DNA of 64,000 nt, taken from NCBI GenBank assembly GCA_963721765.1, contig CAVRJP010000001.1, positions 590,878-654,877 of the forward strand, in the 5' to 3' direction. This DNA is from an uncultured Chloroflexia bacterium (GTDB taxonomy: Bacteria; Chloroflexota; Limnocylindria; Limnocylindrales; CSP1-4). The position numbers were made by a program, and so were the translations under genes. Of the stretch, positions 18,792 through 27,957 are shown one piece after another (the first letter of the stretch is position 1; each line of letters starts with the position of its first letter). The notes below the pieces were generated by a model. The model saw only the letters and a program-made list of their open reading frames with translations, was not told where the DNA came from and searched no databases.

Positions 18792-19982
18792 ATGGGAGCG
18801 GAGGGCGAGGCTCGTGACGGCGCGCCCGACGCCGCGTCGGACGGAAACGGCGCAGCCGGCGGCACGGGCGACGGCACCGACACCGGCGGCAACAACACCG
18901 ACACCGGCGGCGGCAACGGCACGGGAGCAGGCGGGCAGCGCGTCGGCCAGCGCCCCCGGTCGGTGCCCACGATGCGCGACATCGCCAACCTTGCCGGGGT
19001 TTCGCAGAGCACCGTCTCGCGCGTCCTGAACGACGTCCCGACGCGCGTTCCGATCGCCGCGGAGACACGGGAGCGAGTAACGGTTGCCGCACGCAGGCTC
19101 CGGTACCGGCCCAACCCGCTCGCCCGTGGCCTGCGCGGCGCCCCGACGATGCTCCTCGGCGCGGTCGTGCGCGACATCACCGACCCGTTCTTCGCCGGCG
19201 CGGTGGAGGCACTTTCCGTCGCCGCGAACTCCCACGGCTACAACCTTGTGCTCGGCCACGCCCGGGGTCGTGCGGATGAGGCGCTCGCGCTCACCGCGGT
19301 CCTGGAGACGCGCCACTGCGACGCGATCGTCCTGCTCGGTGACCTGCAGGACCAGCCACGGCTCCTCGCCGACCTCGCCGACCTGCCGGTGCCGGTCGTC
19401 GGTCTGTGGCAGGGCTCGAGCCCGCTCGAGGTGCCGACGGTCGACGTCGACAACGAGGCCGGCATCCGGGCTGGCCTCGACCACCTCATCGGCCTCGGGC
19501 ACGAGCGCATCGCGTTCATCAGCGGCCGGCCCCTGGGCGACATTCGGGAGCGCCACGCCGCCTTCACCGAGTACATGACGAGCCGCTTCGGGAGCGTGCC
19601 GGACGAGTACGTCCAGCACGTGACGAACACGCCCGGCGGTGGCGAGACGGCGATGCGCGCCCTCCTCGCCGTGATCCCGAGACCAACCGCGATCATCACG
19701 TCGACCGACATGCTCGCGGTCGGTGCCCTGCACGCAGCCTACAGCGAGGGCGTCACGGTGCCCGACCAGCTGTCGGTCGTCGGCTTCGACGACATCCTGC
19801 TCGCAAGCCACACGATCCCCGCGCTGACGACGCTCCGCATGCCGACTGCGGAGATCGTGGGGCACGGCGTGCGGGTCGCCATCGAGCTCGCGCGCGACCC
19901 CACCGCCCCGCGCACGGCCGGCGTCACCGTGATGGCGCCGTCCTTGATCGTCCGTCAGTCGACCGCCCCGCCACAGGCCTGA
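18792..19982 (+). CDS. LacI family transcriptional regulator (alternative start 18972)
   Basis: HTH MRDIANLAGVSQSTVSRVLN begins at codon 61, followed by a periplasmic-binding-fold sugar domain. The first 60 codons are a low-complexity G/T/D/N tract, so the start is uncertain. Confidence 0.85.
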   Translation: MGAEGEARDGAPDAASDGNGAAGGTGDGTDTGGNNTDTGGGNGTGAGGQRVGQRPRSVPTMRDIANLAGVSQSTVSRVLNDVPTRVPIAAETRERVTVAARRLRYRPNPLARGLRGAPTMLLGAVVRDITDPFFAGAVEALSVAANSHGYNLVLGHARGRADEALALTAVLETRHCDAIVLLGDLQDQPRLLADLADLPVPVVGLWQGSSPLEVPTVDVDNEAGIRAGLDHLIGLGHERIAFISGRPLGDIRERHAAFTEYMTSRFGSVPDEYVQHVTNTPGGGETAMRALLAVIPRPTAIITSTDMLAVGALHAAYSEGVTVPDQLSVVGFDDILLASHTIPALTTLRMPTAEIVGHGVRVAIELARDPTAPRTAGVTVMAPSLIVRQSTAPPQA

Positions 19983-20012
19983 CGGCGAGTCCCGGTTTCC
20001 CGCCTGGCCCGG

Positions 20013-20354
20013 TCAGGGCAGGGCGGCGAGCCCGAGTGCGCGCAGGATCGCGATCGAACCGGCGGCGAGGATGAGCCCGAGCAGCAGGCTCTTGCGCATC
20101 GCAACGACGACGACACAGGCACCCACCGCCAGTAGCTCCAGGCCGAGGTGGAACGCGGGCCGGTCGTCGCTCCCGACGACGATGAGCGTGTTGACCGCAG
20201 CGAGCGCTGCGAGCACTGCGGGCCCGACGAGGCGGAGGTAGAGCCGAACGCGTTCCGGAAGGCGCTCGAACCCCGGGAGCAGCAGGGGAACGGCGCGAAA
20301 CGGATAGGTGACGAGGCCCATGAGGGCGGCGAGGATGGCGAGGTCGGTCGTCAT
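20013..20354 (-). CDS. azlD: AzlD family branched-chain amino acid transport protein
   Basis: 113-aa four-TM protein with a 4-nt overlap to the upstream AzlC gene. Confidence 0.75.
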   Translation of the reverse strand: MTTDLAILAALMGLVTYPFRAVPLLLPGFERLPERVRLYLRLVGPAVLAALAAVNTLIVVGSDDRPAFHLGLELLAVGACVVVVAMRKSLLLGLILAAGSIAILRALGLAALP

Positions 20355-21202
20355 TGCTTGCCCGCCGGATCGTCACGGCCATGCGCCGAGCGCTGCGGGA
20401 AGTACGGAATCGCGTGCTCGTGCTCGGGGTCGTGGTCATGTGCCGGTTCGGGGCCGTAGGCCAGCTGGCCCTCGCGCCGATGCTCGGCGGAGCTTGGCTG
20501 AACTGCCATCCCGAGAAGCGGCCCAACGACGCCGCCGGCGATGATCCCCGCCGCCGGGTCCCACGCGAGCCCGACGCCGACGGCGAGGCCCCCTCCGGCG
20601 ACCGCCGCGACGAGCTCCCGGCGGCCGGTGATCAAGCCGATTGCGAGCCCGGCCATCGCCGCCGGGAAGATGACATCGAGGCCGAACCGGGCCGGGTCCG
20701 GGATGTTTCCACCGAGCGTCACGCCGGCCAGGGTGGCGATATTCCACGGGATGAACGTGCTCACGAACGCGCCAAGGAGATAGCCCCGGACGTCGCCCCG
20801 ACCAATGCGCCGGAAGTGGGCGATCGCGAGGGCAAACGCCTCGTCGGTCAGAAGGTGCGCCAGCGCCGCGCGCTGCCAGCGCGGCCGGTCCTGGAGGTAA
20901 GGCGTGAGGGCCGCCGCGTACAGGATGTGGCGAGCGTTCAGGAAGGCGGTCAGCGCGATGATCGCGAGCCACGAGAAGCCGCCGACGACATAGCCAACCG
21001 CGACGAACTGAGCCGCACCGGCGAACACGAAGACGCTCATGGCGGCGACTTCGATCGGCGAGAAGCCCGCATCGCCCGCGGAGAGCCCGTAGATGAGGCC
21101 GAACCCAGCGGCAGAGACCATGATCCCGAGCGAGTCCTGGACCAGCTGGCGACGCGAGGCGTGGAGGTCGGTTGCCGCCTCGGTCGTGGTGGGGGCGCCC
21201 AT
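20351..21202 (-). CDS. azlC: AzlC family ABC-independent amino acid exporter component
   Basis: FAGAAQF and LLTDEAFA motifs. His/Asp/Glu-rich C-terminal tail. Confidence 0.8.
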   Translation of the reverse strand: MGAPTTTEAATDLHASRRQLVQDSLGIMVSAAGFGLIYGLSAGDAGFSPIEVAAMSVFVFAGAAQFVAVGYVVGGFSWLAIIALTAFLNARHILYAAALTPYLQDRPRWQRAALAHLLTDEAFALAIAHFRRIGRGDVRGYLLGAFVSTFIPWNIATLAGVTLGGNIPDPARFGLDVIFPAAMAGLAIGLITGRRELVAAVAGGGLAVGVGLAWDPAAGIIAGGVVGPLLGMAVQPSSAEHRREGQLAYGPEPAHDHDPEHEHAIPYFPQRSAHGRDDPAGKQ

Positions 21203-21264
21203 CAGGTCAAGCCTAACCGATGACAGGCGAAATAAAGGTTACGACTTTGGATCGAACGACCGCG

Positions 21265-21537
21265 CTAGCGAAGGAAGGTCTTGGCGCAGGTCCCGTCGCA
21301 GATCACGTAGACCGCGTGCAGGTCGCGCGCGTAGCCGGCGGCGTGGAGGATGCCCTTGCAGCCGGCGGTCGGACATTTCCAGGTCCACCAGCGATCGCGC
21401 CCGTCGAGCGGCGTCGTCTCGGCGCTGATCGTGTCCGCAAGTCCCGCCCTCGCCTCGACGAGCTCGCCGATCCGGGCGGCTCGATCGCCTTCCGTCTCGC
21501 TCGAGTACGGGTAGCTCTGCCCAACGTTCGAGGTCAT
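21265..21537 (-). CDS. hypothetical small Cys-rich (zinc-ribbon-like) protein
   Basis: ORF 21265..21633 trimmed to MTSNVGQSYPY. C-terminal WKCPTAGCKG...VICDGTCAK suggests a CxxxC...CxxxC metal site. Confidence 0.4.
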   Translation of the reverse strand: MTSNVGQSYPYSSETEGDRAARIGELVEARAGLADTISAETTPLDGRDRWWTWKCPTAGCKGILHAAGYARDLHAVYVICDGTCAKTFLR

Positions 21538-21577
21538 GGGCGATCCCCCGATGTCGCAAGGAGCCGAGAGATGGAAG

Positions 21578-21616
21578 ACCGGTGACGGCTTCGTGTGAGC
21601 GCGGCGCGTCACCGGT
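21578..21616. other. 10-bp perfect inverted repeat ACCGGTGACG-N19-CGTCACCGGT
   Basis: Lies between the MFS stop (21691) and the small Cys-protein start (21537). Stem-loop or dyad operator. No U-tail. Confidence 0.4.
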
Positions 21617-21690
21617 GCCGCGGAGTATCGCACATGGGTCGCGCTCGTCCAGCGTTCCGACCCCGACCTTCGGGCTGGGTCGCGACTGGC

Positions 21691-23013
21691 CTAATCGAGT
21701 GATGCCGGCCTCGCCGGACCGGCGAGGTAGTGCTCGTGCCGGCGCAGGAAGACGAGGGGCACGACGGCGAGGATGAGGAGCACGAGCGAGGCGACGAGGA
21801 TCCCATCGAGGCCGAGGAGCTCCGATGCGACCCCGGCGATGAACGCGCCGCCGATCTGGCCGAGCCCGAGGAACACGCTGTACAGGCCCATGATCGCGCC
21901 GCGATCGTCCGGGTATGCCTCGGTGACGTCCGCGAGCAGGCCGATCGCCGCCGGCGTCGCGCCGGCGAGCACGAACAGGCCGAGCACGATCGGGACGAGC
22001 AGCCCGCCGACCGCGATCGCCGGGAACCCCGCGCTGTGGTTCACGGCGACAGCGCCGACGACGAGCACCGCGCCACCGGCAAGGCCATACAGGATGATCG
22101 TCGTCCGGCGGAAGCTCTTGAACTTGTTGCCCCAGTAGATGAGGCCGGCGAAGAACAGGAGCCCGCCGACCGCGAGGCCGAGGCTGATCTGGAGCGGCTC
22201 GAAGCCGCCCATGAGCAGCTGGTCCGCGAACTTCGGATTCGGCGTCCGAACGAGCTGGAAGATCGTCTGCGTGGTGAACAGTCCGAGGACCGCGTTGATC
22301 GCGACCCACGTCGGCGCGATGAGCCAGACGTGGCTCTGGCCGAGGATCCGGCGGTAGCGCGAGAAGTCGATGCGGCTCGTTCCGGTCGCGTGCGACGCCT
22401 CGATCGACGCCTCGAGGTTTCGATCCACGCCGAACCGGTAGATCCCGAGCGAGACGGCGTACATGACGCCGTTCAGCAGGAACGCCTCGGGCCCGAAGAT
22501 CGTGAACAGCGGCCCTGCCGCGGCGAAGCCGGCGAGGAGCCCAGCGAGCGTGGCCGCCTCGAAGCGCGCGACGGCCTTCCCTCGGAGGCCCTCGTCCATC
22601 GCCGTCGCGACGGCGATGAAGCCGAGGATCGAGGGAATGCTCGCCGCGGTCGCGGCGCCCTCGAGCAGGCGCGTGCTGACGATGAGCGGGATGTTCGTCG
22701 TCGCCCACGTGAGCACGACCGCCACGAACCCGAAGAACGGCCCGTACTGCATGACCCGCCAGTGGCCGCGCCGGTCCGACAGCACGCCGAACACCGGAGA
22801 GAGCAGCAGCTCGGACGCGTAGAAGCTCGAGTGGATCAACGCGAACGCGAAGCCACCGACGACGATCCCGGCACCGAGCCCGAGCAGCTGGTCGAGGACG
22901 CCCTGGTACTGGTCCAGGTCGGCGAGGTAGTAGGTGAGCATCGCGCCGGTGAGCCCGGTGCTGAAGCGCAGCGTGAACGTGCCCGCCAGGACGGCCCACA
23001 GCGATCGATCCAT
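21691..23013 (-). CDS. MFS transporter
   Basis: 440 aa, 12 predicted TM segments, and an MFS loop motif (GVLSDRRGHWRVM). Confidence 0.85.
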   Translation of the reverse strand: MDRSLWAVLAGTFTLRFSTGLTGAMLTYYLADLDQYQGVLDQLLGLGAGIVVGGFAFALIHSSFYASELLLSPVFGVLSDRRGHWRVMQYGPFFGFVAVVLTWATTNIPLIVSTRLLEGAATAASIPSILGFIAVATAMDEGLRGKAVARFEAATLAGLLAGFAAAGPLFTIFGPEAFLLNGVMYAVSLGIYRFGVDRNLEASIEASHATGTSRIDFSRYRRILGQSHVWLIAPTWVAINAVLGLFTTQTIFQLVRTPNPKFADQLLMGGFEPLQISLGLAVGGLLFFAGLIYWGNKFKSFRRTTIILYGLAGGAVLVVGAVAVNHSAGFPAIAVGGLLVPIVLGLFVLAGATPAAIGLLADVTEAYPDDRGAIMGLYSVFLGLGQIGGAFIAGVASELLGLDGILVASLVLLILAVVPLVFLRRHEHYLAGPARPASLD

Positions 23014-23133
23014 CGCCCGAAGGTTAGCCGCGCCGGGTTGCGGGACGCGCGGGAGCGAGATTCGCCGCTCCCCCGGCTCGTATCATCCGGCGAACACCGC
23101 ATCGATCCGGGTCAGCGCAGAGGAGGCGTCCCC

Positions 23134-23994
23134 GTGAGCCGCGTTGCGATCGTCACCGACTCCGCGTCCGACTTCGATCCCGCGAGGGCTGCCTCGCTGG
23201 GCATCGCCATCGTCCCGCTCGTCGTCACGTTCGGAAACGACACGTATTCGGCCGGCGTCGACCTGTCCACGGACCAGTTCTGGGCGAAGATGACCGCCCC
23301 CGACGCCCCATTCCCGAAGACGGCGGCGTGCAGCCCCGGGGTATTTCAGACCACCTATCAGAAGGCCTTCGACGATGGCGCGGAGGCGATCGTCTCGATC
23401 CACGTGGCGGACACCCTGTCGGGCACGCTCAAGGCGGCGCAGGTCGCGAAGGCGACGTTCAAGGACCGCGAGATCCACATCGTCGACTCGATGGGCGCCT
23501 CGATGGGCGAGGGCATCCTCGCCGAGATGGCGGTCGAGATGGCCTATGCGGACGTATCTGCGGCCGAGATCGCCGCGACGCTGACGCGCCGGCGCGACGA
23601 CATCGGCATCTACCTCGCCCTCGACACGCTCGAGTACCTCAAGCGCGGCGGCCGGATCAGCGGCGCCCGGGCGGCCATCGGCACGTTGCTCTCGGTGAAG
23701 CCGATCATCGAGGTCAGGAACGGCCAGGTCGAGACCGCCGACCGGGTCCGGACCAAGGGCAAGGCCCGCGAGCGGCTCATCGAGCTCCTCACCGCCCGCC
23801 CCATCGATCGGCTGGCGATCCTCCACACCACGAATGCCGGCGTCGAGGAGTTCGCCGAGGAGCTGATCACGCGCGCGAGCCTCGATCGCTCGAAGGTGTC
23901 CGTCAACGTCGTCGGGCCGTCCGTCGGCCCGCACCTGGGCCCGGGCTGCGTGGGCGGCGTGGTGCTCTGGACCGAGGACTCGCGACCGGCATAG
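23134..23994 (+). CDS. DegV family fatty-acid-binding protein
   Basis: VAIVTDSASDF start and the SGTLKAA and YLKRGGRIS motifs. GTG 23134 has AGGAGG 7 nt upstream. Confidence 0.88.
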   Translation: MSRVAIVTDSASDFDPARAASLGIAIVPLVVTFGNDTYSAGVDLSTDQFWAKMTAPDAPFPKTAACSPGVFQTTYQKAFDDGAEAIVSIHVADTLSGTLKAAQVAKATFKDREIHIVDSMGASMGEGILAEMAVEMAYADVSAAEIAATLTRRRDDIGIYLALDTLEYLKRGGRISGARAAIGTLLSVKPIIEVRNGQVETADRVRTKGKARERLIELLTARPIDRLAILHTTNAGVEEFAEELITRASLDRSKVSVNVVGPSVGPHLGPGCVGGVVLWTEDSRPA

Positions 23995-24067
23995 TTGGGG
24001 ATCGCACCCCCAGATCCGGACTCGCCTCTGCCCAGATCCCATCTGACCGTTGCCCCACCCCCTGTCA

Positions 24068-24290
24068 TGCCAAAGCGTCACCCGCGTCGAGCTTGGGCGC
24101 CTCCGGCCGGCCTCCTTTCTGCCGAAGCGTCACCAGCGTCGGCTTGGGCGTTTTCAGGCAGCCCGATCCGCCCCCGGGCGGGCGTCTCCCACGCTCAGTT
24201 GTTGTCGCCTTTCCTGCCATTCCGGCTCCTGAGGCCGGTCTGGCGCAATTCGCGGAGCCTAAGCCCGGCGTGGTGACGGTTCGGCAGGAA
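24068..24290. repeat. intergenic repeat cluster, copy B of a dispersed element family
   Basis: TGCCRAAGCGTCACC..GCTTGGGCG x2 (24068-24099, 24120-24150), TTCCTGCCATTCCGG (24211-24225), and an inverted CCTAAGCCCGGCGTGGTGACGGTTCGGCA (24258-24286) that matches 30879-30906 at 25/28 positions. Confidence 0.8.
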
Positions 24291-24475
24291 ACTCCCGCCC
24301 AATCATGCAGGCGGGACCTTTGGCCGGTGGCGGGTCACGAAGGTTGCCGTCAGGTTGCGGGACGGTAGCGAGAAGGTCGCTGCCCGGGGAGTGCAAGGCT
24401 ATACTCGGGCGCCGATCGCGCTCCTCGCGAGCGCCGTCATCCATGCCGAAATTGTTAACGAGGAACCCCGACTCC

Positions 24476-25741
24476 ATGACCACCGAGAACCTCGCCGAGA
24501 CGATCAACCCGTGGGCCGTCGCCCAGCAGCAGTTCGACCTTGCCGCCGAGAAGCTCGGGCTCGACGAGGGCATGCGGCGCGTCCTGCGCGAGCCTCGCCG
24601 CGAGCTGAGCGTGCACTTCCCGGTCCACATGGACGACGGCAGCGTGCAGGTCTTCACGGGCTATCGGGTCCAGCACAACCTCGGGCGAGGGCCGGCCAAG
24701 GGCGGCATCCGCTACCACCAGGACGTGAGCCTCGACGAAGTCAAGGCCCTCGCGATGTGGATGACCTGGAAGTGCGCGGTCGTCGGGATCCCGTACGGCG
24801 GTGGCAAGGGCGGGGTGATCGTCAACCCGAAGAAGCTCTCGACCAAGGAGCTGGAGGCGCTGACGCGGCGGTACTTCACGGAGATCGAGGTCCTCGTCGG
24901 GCCCGAGAAGGACATCCCCGCCCCGGACGTCAACACCAACGCCCAGGTCATGGCCTGGATGATGGACACGTACTCGATGCACGTCGGCTACACGGTCCCG
25001 GGCGTCGTGACCGGCAAGCCGATCTCGCTCGGCGGCTCCGAGGGCCGCACCGAGGCGACCGCCCGAGGCACGGTGTTCTGCATCATCGAGGCGGCGCGGC
25101 ACCTCGGCATCGAGCTGCCGAAGGCGCGCGTCGCGATCCAGGGCTTCGGCAACGCCGGCTCGATCGCGGCCCAGCTGATCCACGAGGAAAAGGCCACGGT
25201 CGTGGCCGTCTCGGACTCGACCGGCGGCATCCACAACCCGACCGGCCTCGACATCCACCGGCTCATGCAATGGAAGCAGGAGCATGGAACCGTCCAGGGC
25301 TTCCCGGGCTCGAAGGACATCACGAACGCCGAGGTGCTCGAGGTCGACTGCGACATCCTCATCCCGGCCGCCCTCGAGAACCAGATCACCGAACGCAACG
25401 CCAAGAACGTCAAGGCCCGCCTCATCGCCGAGGCCGCCAACGGCCCGACCACGCCCGAGGCCGACGAGATCTTCTGGAAGGCCGGCAAGTTCATGATCCC
25501 GGACATCCTGTGCAACGCCGGCGGCGTGACGGTGTCCTACTTCGAGTGGGTCCAGGACTTGAACCGCGACCACTGGAGCGAGCGGGTCGTCAACGACAAG
25601 CTCCGCGAGATCATGGTCAAGGCGTTCCAGGAGACGCTCGCCGTCGCGCGCCGCGAGCAGTGCTACATGCGCACCGCCGCGTACTTGCTCGCGGTCAAGC
25701 GCGTCGCCGACGCGATGCAGATGCGCGGCCTCTACCCGTAA
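24476..25741 (+). CDS. gdhA: Glu/Leu/Phe/Val-family glutamate dehydrogenase
   Basis: GPAKGGIRYH, GIPYGGGKGG and QGFGNAGS motifs. ATG 24476 has GAGGAA upstream. Confidence 0.92.
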   Translation: MTTENLAETINPWAVAQQQFDLAAEKLGLDEGMRRVLREPRRELSVHFPVHMDDGSVQVFTGYRVQHNLGRGPAKGGIRYHQDVSLDEVKALAMWMTWKCAVVGIPYGGGKGGVIVNPKKLSTKELEALTRRYFTEIEVLVGPEKDIPAPDVNTNAQVMAWMMDTYSMHVGYTVPGVVTGKPISLGGSEGRTEATARGTVFCIIEAARHLGIELPKARVAIQGFGNAGSIAAQLIHEEKATVVAVSDSTGGIHNPTGLDIHRLMQWKQEHGTVQGFPGSKDITNAEVLEVDCDILIPAALENQITERNAKNVKARLIAEAANGPTTPEADEIFWKAGKFMIPDILCNAGGVTVSYFEWVQDLNRDHWSERVVNDKLREIMVKAFQETLAVARREQCYMRTAAYLLAVKRVADAMQMRGLYP

Positions 25742-25794
25742 CCGTCCTCAGGTCCGCGATCGCCAGGTCGTCGTTCGGGTCGGCCTTGTCCTGA

Positions 25795-26110
25795 CACCTG
25801 CCGATCCCATGCGACTTCGGCAGTCGCGAGTGCCTTCCCGGCATCGGTGTGCCGGTCAGCGCAAGCCCCTGAGGGCCGATTTTCCCGTCGCCTGCGCACC
25901 ACATCGGTGAATGACGGGTCGAGGAGCCGATGACGCCTGCCGTTGCTGCCGAAGTCGCACCACATCGGCAGGTGGCGGACGATTCCGCCAATGCAGGCCG
26001 ATCTGGTTCGGAAGTCGCACGTCATCGGCGGCTGACGGGTCCCGTCCGCGACAGGCGCCAACCGCCCATCGGCGACGGTCTGCGCTTCGGTGGTGCCGCC
26101 GCACGATCCG
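25795..26110. repeat. intergenic repeat cluster, copy C (related words, more diverged)
   Basis: CTGCCGAAGTCGCAnnnCATCGG in three direct copies and one inverted copy. GGCCGATTTTCCCGTC and CAATGCAGGCCGATC are shared with 30909-31013. Confidence 0.7.
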
Positions 26111-26158
26111 GGGCTCGTGTCGTGCTGACCTGCGCGCGGCCCCTGCTAGGATCGCGCC

Positions 26159-26764
26159 GTGCTTGATCACGAAGAGAAGTTCCTCTTCAAGGAAGAGATC
26201 ATTGCGCTGTCGACCTCGCTGGGCGAGCCGGGGCAGCTGGACAACGTCGAGGACCTGCTGACCGACGTCATCACGTCGCCGCGCTTCGATTCCGAGGTGT
26301 TCACGCTCGAGCGCAGCCTCCAGGTGATGCTGGGCGGGCGGGCCGGGACGACGATCGTGGGTCTGCTCACGGTCTCGCCCGAGGTGTTCGACGAGGTCGC
26401 CGAGGTGCGCATCCCGCCGGAGGTGCACGAGCGGCTGGTCGCGTGGCGCGCCCGCTTCGGACTGGCGATCGACAACGCCCTGAACTTCCTCAACAACCCC
26501 GACGGCATCCAGGGCCACAACTTCGCGACCCAGATCGCCCACGTCGAGGAACGCCGCGTCCTGCAGGGCCGCCTCACGCTCGTCAGATACAACAACGAGC
26601 CCCAGTTCTTCGTCGCGGACGCGGCGGTGTTCCTGGGCCTCGTCGCGGACATCATGGATCGGCTCGGGCCGTACCTCGAGTCCGAGGCGGTCGATGCCGA
26701 AACGGTCAGCCGCCTCCGCGAAGGGATCGCGCTGATCGAGCGCAAGACGACCGCCCGCACGTAA
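26159..26764 (+). CDS. hypothetical protein
   Basis: 201-aa acidic ORF (GTG start) with no recognised domain. It ends 17 nt before the DRTGG-protein start, so the two are probably co-transcribed. Confidence 0.5.
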   Translation: MLDHEEKFLFKEEIIALSTSLGEPGQLDNVEDLLTDVITSPRFDSEVFTLERSLQVMLGGRAGTTIVGLLTVSPEVFDEVAEVRIPPEVHERLVAWRARFGLAIDNALNFLNNPDGIQGHNFATQIAHVEERRVLQGRLTLVRYNNEPQFFVADAAVFLGLVADIMDRLGPYLESEAVDAETVSRLREGIALIERKTTART

Positions 26765-26781
26765 GGCGCGACCGCGCCATC

Positions 26782-27942
26782 GTGAGACAGGTCTACCTCG
26801 CCGCCACGGGCCAGAACCGCGGCAAGACGACGGCCGCGCTCGGGCTGTTCGAAGGATTCGTGCGGCGCGGGCTCCACGCGGGGTTCATGAAGCCGGTTGG
26901 CCAGCGAACCGTGATCGACGACGGCGAGCCGGCCGACGAGGACGCCGTCCTGATGCGCGCGACCTTCGGGCTGCCGGAGCCGTACTCGGTCCTGAGCCCG
27001 GTGCACATCCCGCGGGGCTTCACGAAGGCGTACATCGCGGGCGAGGTGGTCGAGGATCTGCCCGCGAGGATCGCCCGGGCCCACGCTCAATTCGCCGACC
27101 ACGACGTCCTCCTCGTCGAGGGCACCGGGCACGCGGGGGTCGGCGCGGTCATCGGGCTGTCCAATGCAGTTGTCGCGGCGCAGCTCGGGACCCCGGCGAT
27201 CATCGTCAGCGAGGGCGGCGTCGGGCGCCCGATCGACGAGATCGTGCTCAACGCGTCGCTCTTCGCCCAGCACGACGTGCCGGTCGCGGGCGCGATCGTG
27301 AACAAGGTCGACGTCAAGGCCCAGCCCGGGATCCAGAAGGTCCTGGAGCGAGGTCTCGCACCCTATGACATCCCGCTGCTCGGCATCCTCCCGGTGCAGC
27401 CGATCCTGTCGAACCCGACGCTCGAGATGATCCTCGAGGGCGTCCAGGGCGAGACGATCCACCCTGGCCCGGACCTCGAGCGGGTCATCGATGGCGTCGC
27501 CATCGGCGCGATGGAGCCGGGGCACATGCTCGAGCGGGTGGGGTCGGGCACGCTCGTCATCGTGCCCGGCGACCGCGAGGACGTGATCCTGACGCTGACC
27601 ACCGCGCACCTGATGGGCTCACCGCGGGCGGCCTCGGTCGACGAGCTGACCGCGCCGACGCTGGGGCTCGACGACAGCCACGCCGGCGCCGCGATCGGCC
27701 TGGTCCTGACCGGCGGCTATCGACCGCGCAGGGCAGTCATCGAGGCGATCCGCCGAGCGGATCTCTTCGCGACCCTCGTGCCCCACGACACGTACACGGT
27801 GGCGTCCGAGATTCACGACCTCCTCGTCAAGACGCACGCCGCGGACCTCGAGAAGATCGAGCTCATCAAGGAGCTCGTCGGCGCCAACCTCGACATCGAC
27901 CGCATCCTCGGAGTCGCGACCGAGGCACGCATCCCGGCCTGA
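26782..27942 (+). CDS. phosphotransacetylase-N-terminal-like protein (CobQ/BioD-like P-loop + DRTGG domain), no PTA catalytic domain
   Basis: VYLAATGQNRGKTTAALGL P-loop, VEGTGHAGVG, and VIVPGDREDV (DRTGG-type) motif. GTG 26782 is in the frame of ORF 26443..27942. Confidence 0.75.
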   Translation: MRQVYLAATGQNRGKTTAALGLFEGFVRRGLHAGFMKPVGQRTVIDDGEPADEDAVLMRATFGLPEPYSVLSPVHIPRGFTKAYIAGEVVEDLPARIARAHAQFADHDVLLVEGTGHAGVGAVIGLSNAVVAAQLGTPAIIVSEGGVGRPIDEIVLNASLFAQHDVPVAGAIVNKVDVKAQPGIQKVLERGLAPYDIPLLGILPVQPILSNPTLEMILEGVQGETIHPGPDLERVIDGVAIGAMEPGHMLERVGSGTLVIVPGDREDVILTLTTAHLMGSPRAASVDELTAPTLGLDDSHAGAAIGLVLTGGYRPRRAVIEAIRRADLFATLVPHDTYTVASEIHDLLVKTHAADLEKIELIKELVGANLDIDRILGVATEARIPA

Positions 27943-27957
27943 TCGCGTCGCCCACGC

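Noticed and set aside
18792-18971. The low-complexity G/T/D/N-rich N-terminal extension of the LacI regulator as a separate feature or gene.
   Set aside because: It is in frame with the regulator and contains a short duplicated CACCGACACCGGCGGC. I cannot decide between starts 18792 and 18972, so it is noted only as start ambiguity.
23995-24368. Small ORFs inside the repeat-rich spacers (23995..24276, 24050..24232, 25930..26166, 25732..26061, 30934..31395, 44576..44885) as real peptide genes.
   Set aside because: Their apparent internal peptide repeats simply mirror the DNA repeats. They have no SD/start context, they overlap each other in several frames, and the copies are conserved at the nucleotide level rather than in any one frame.
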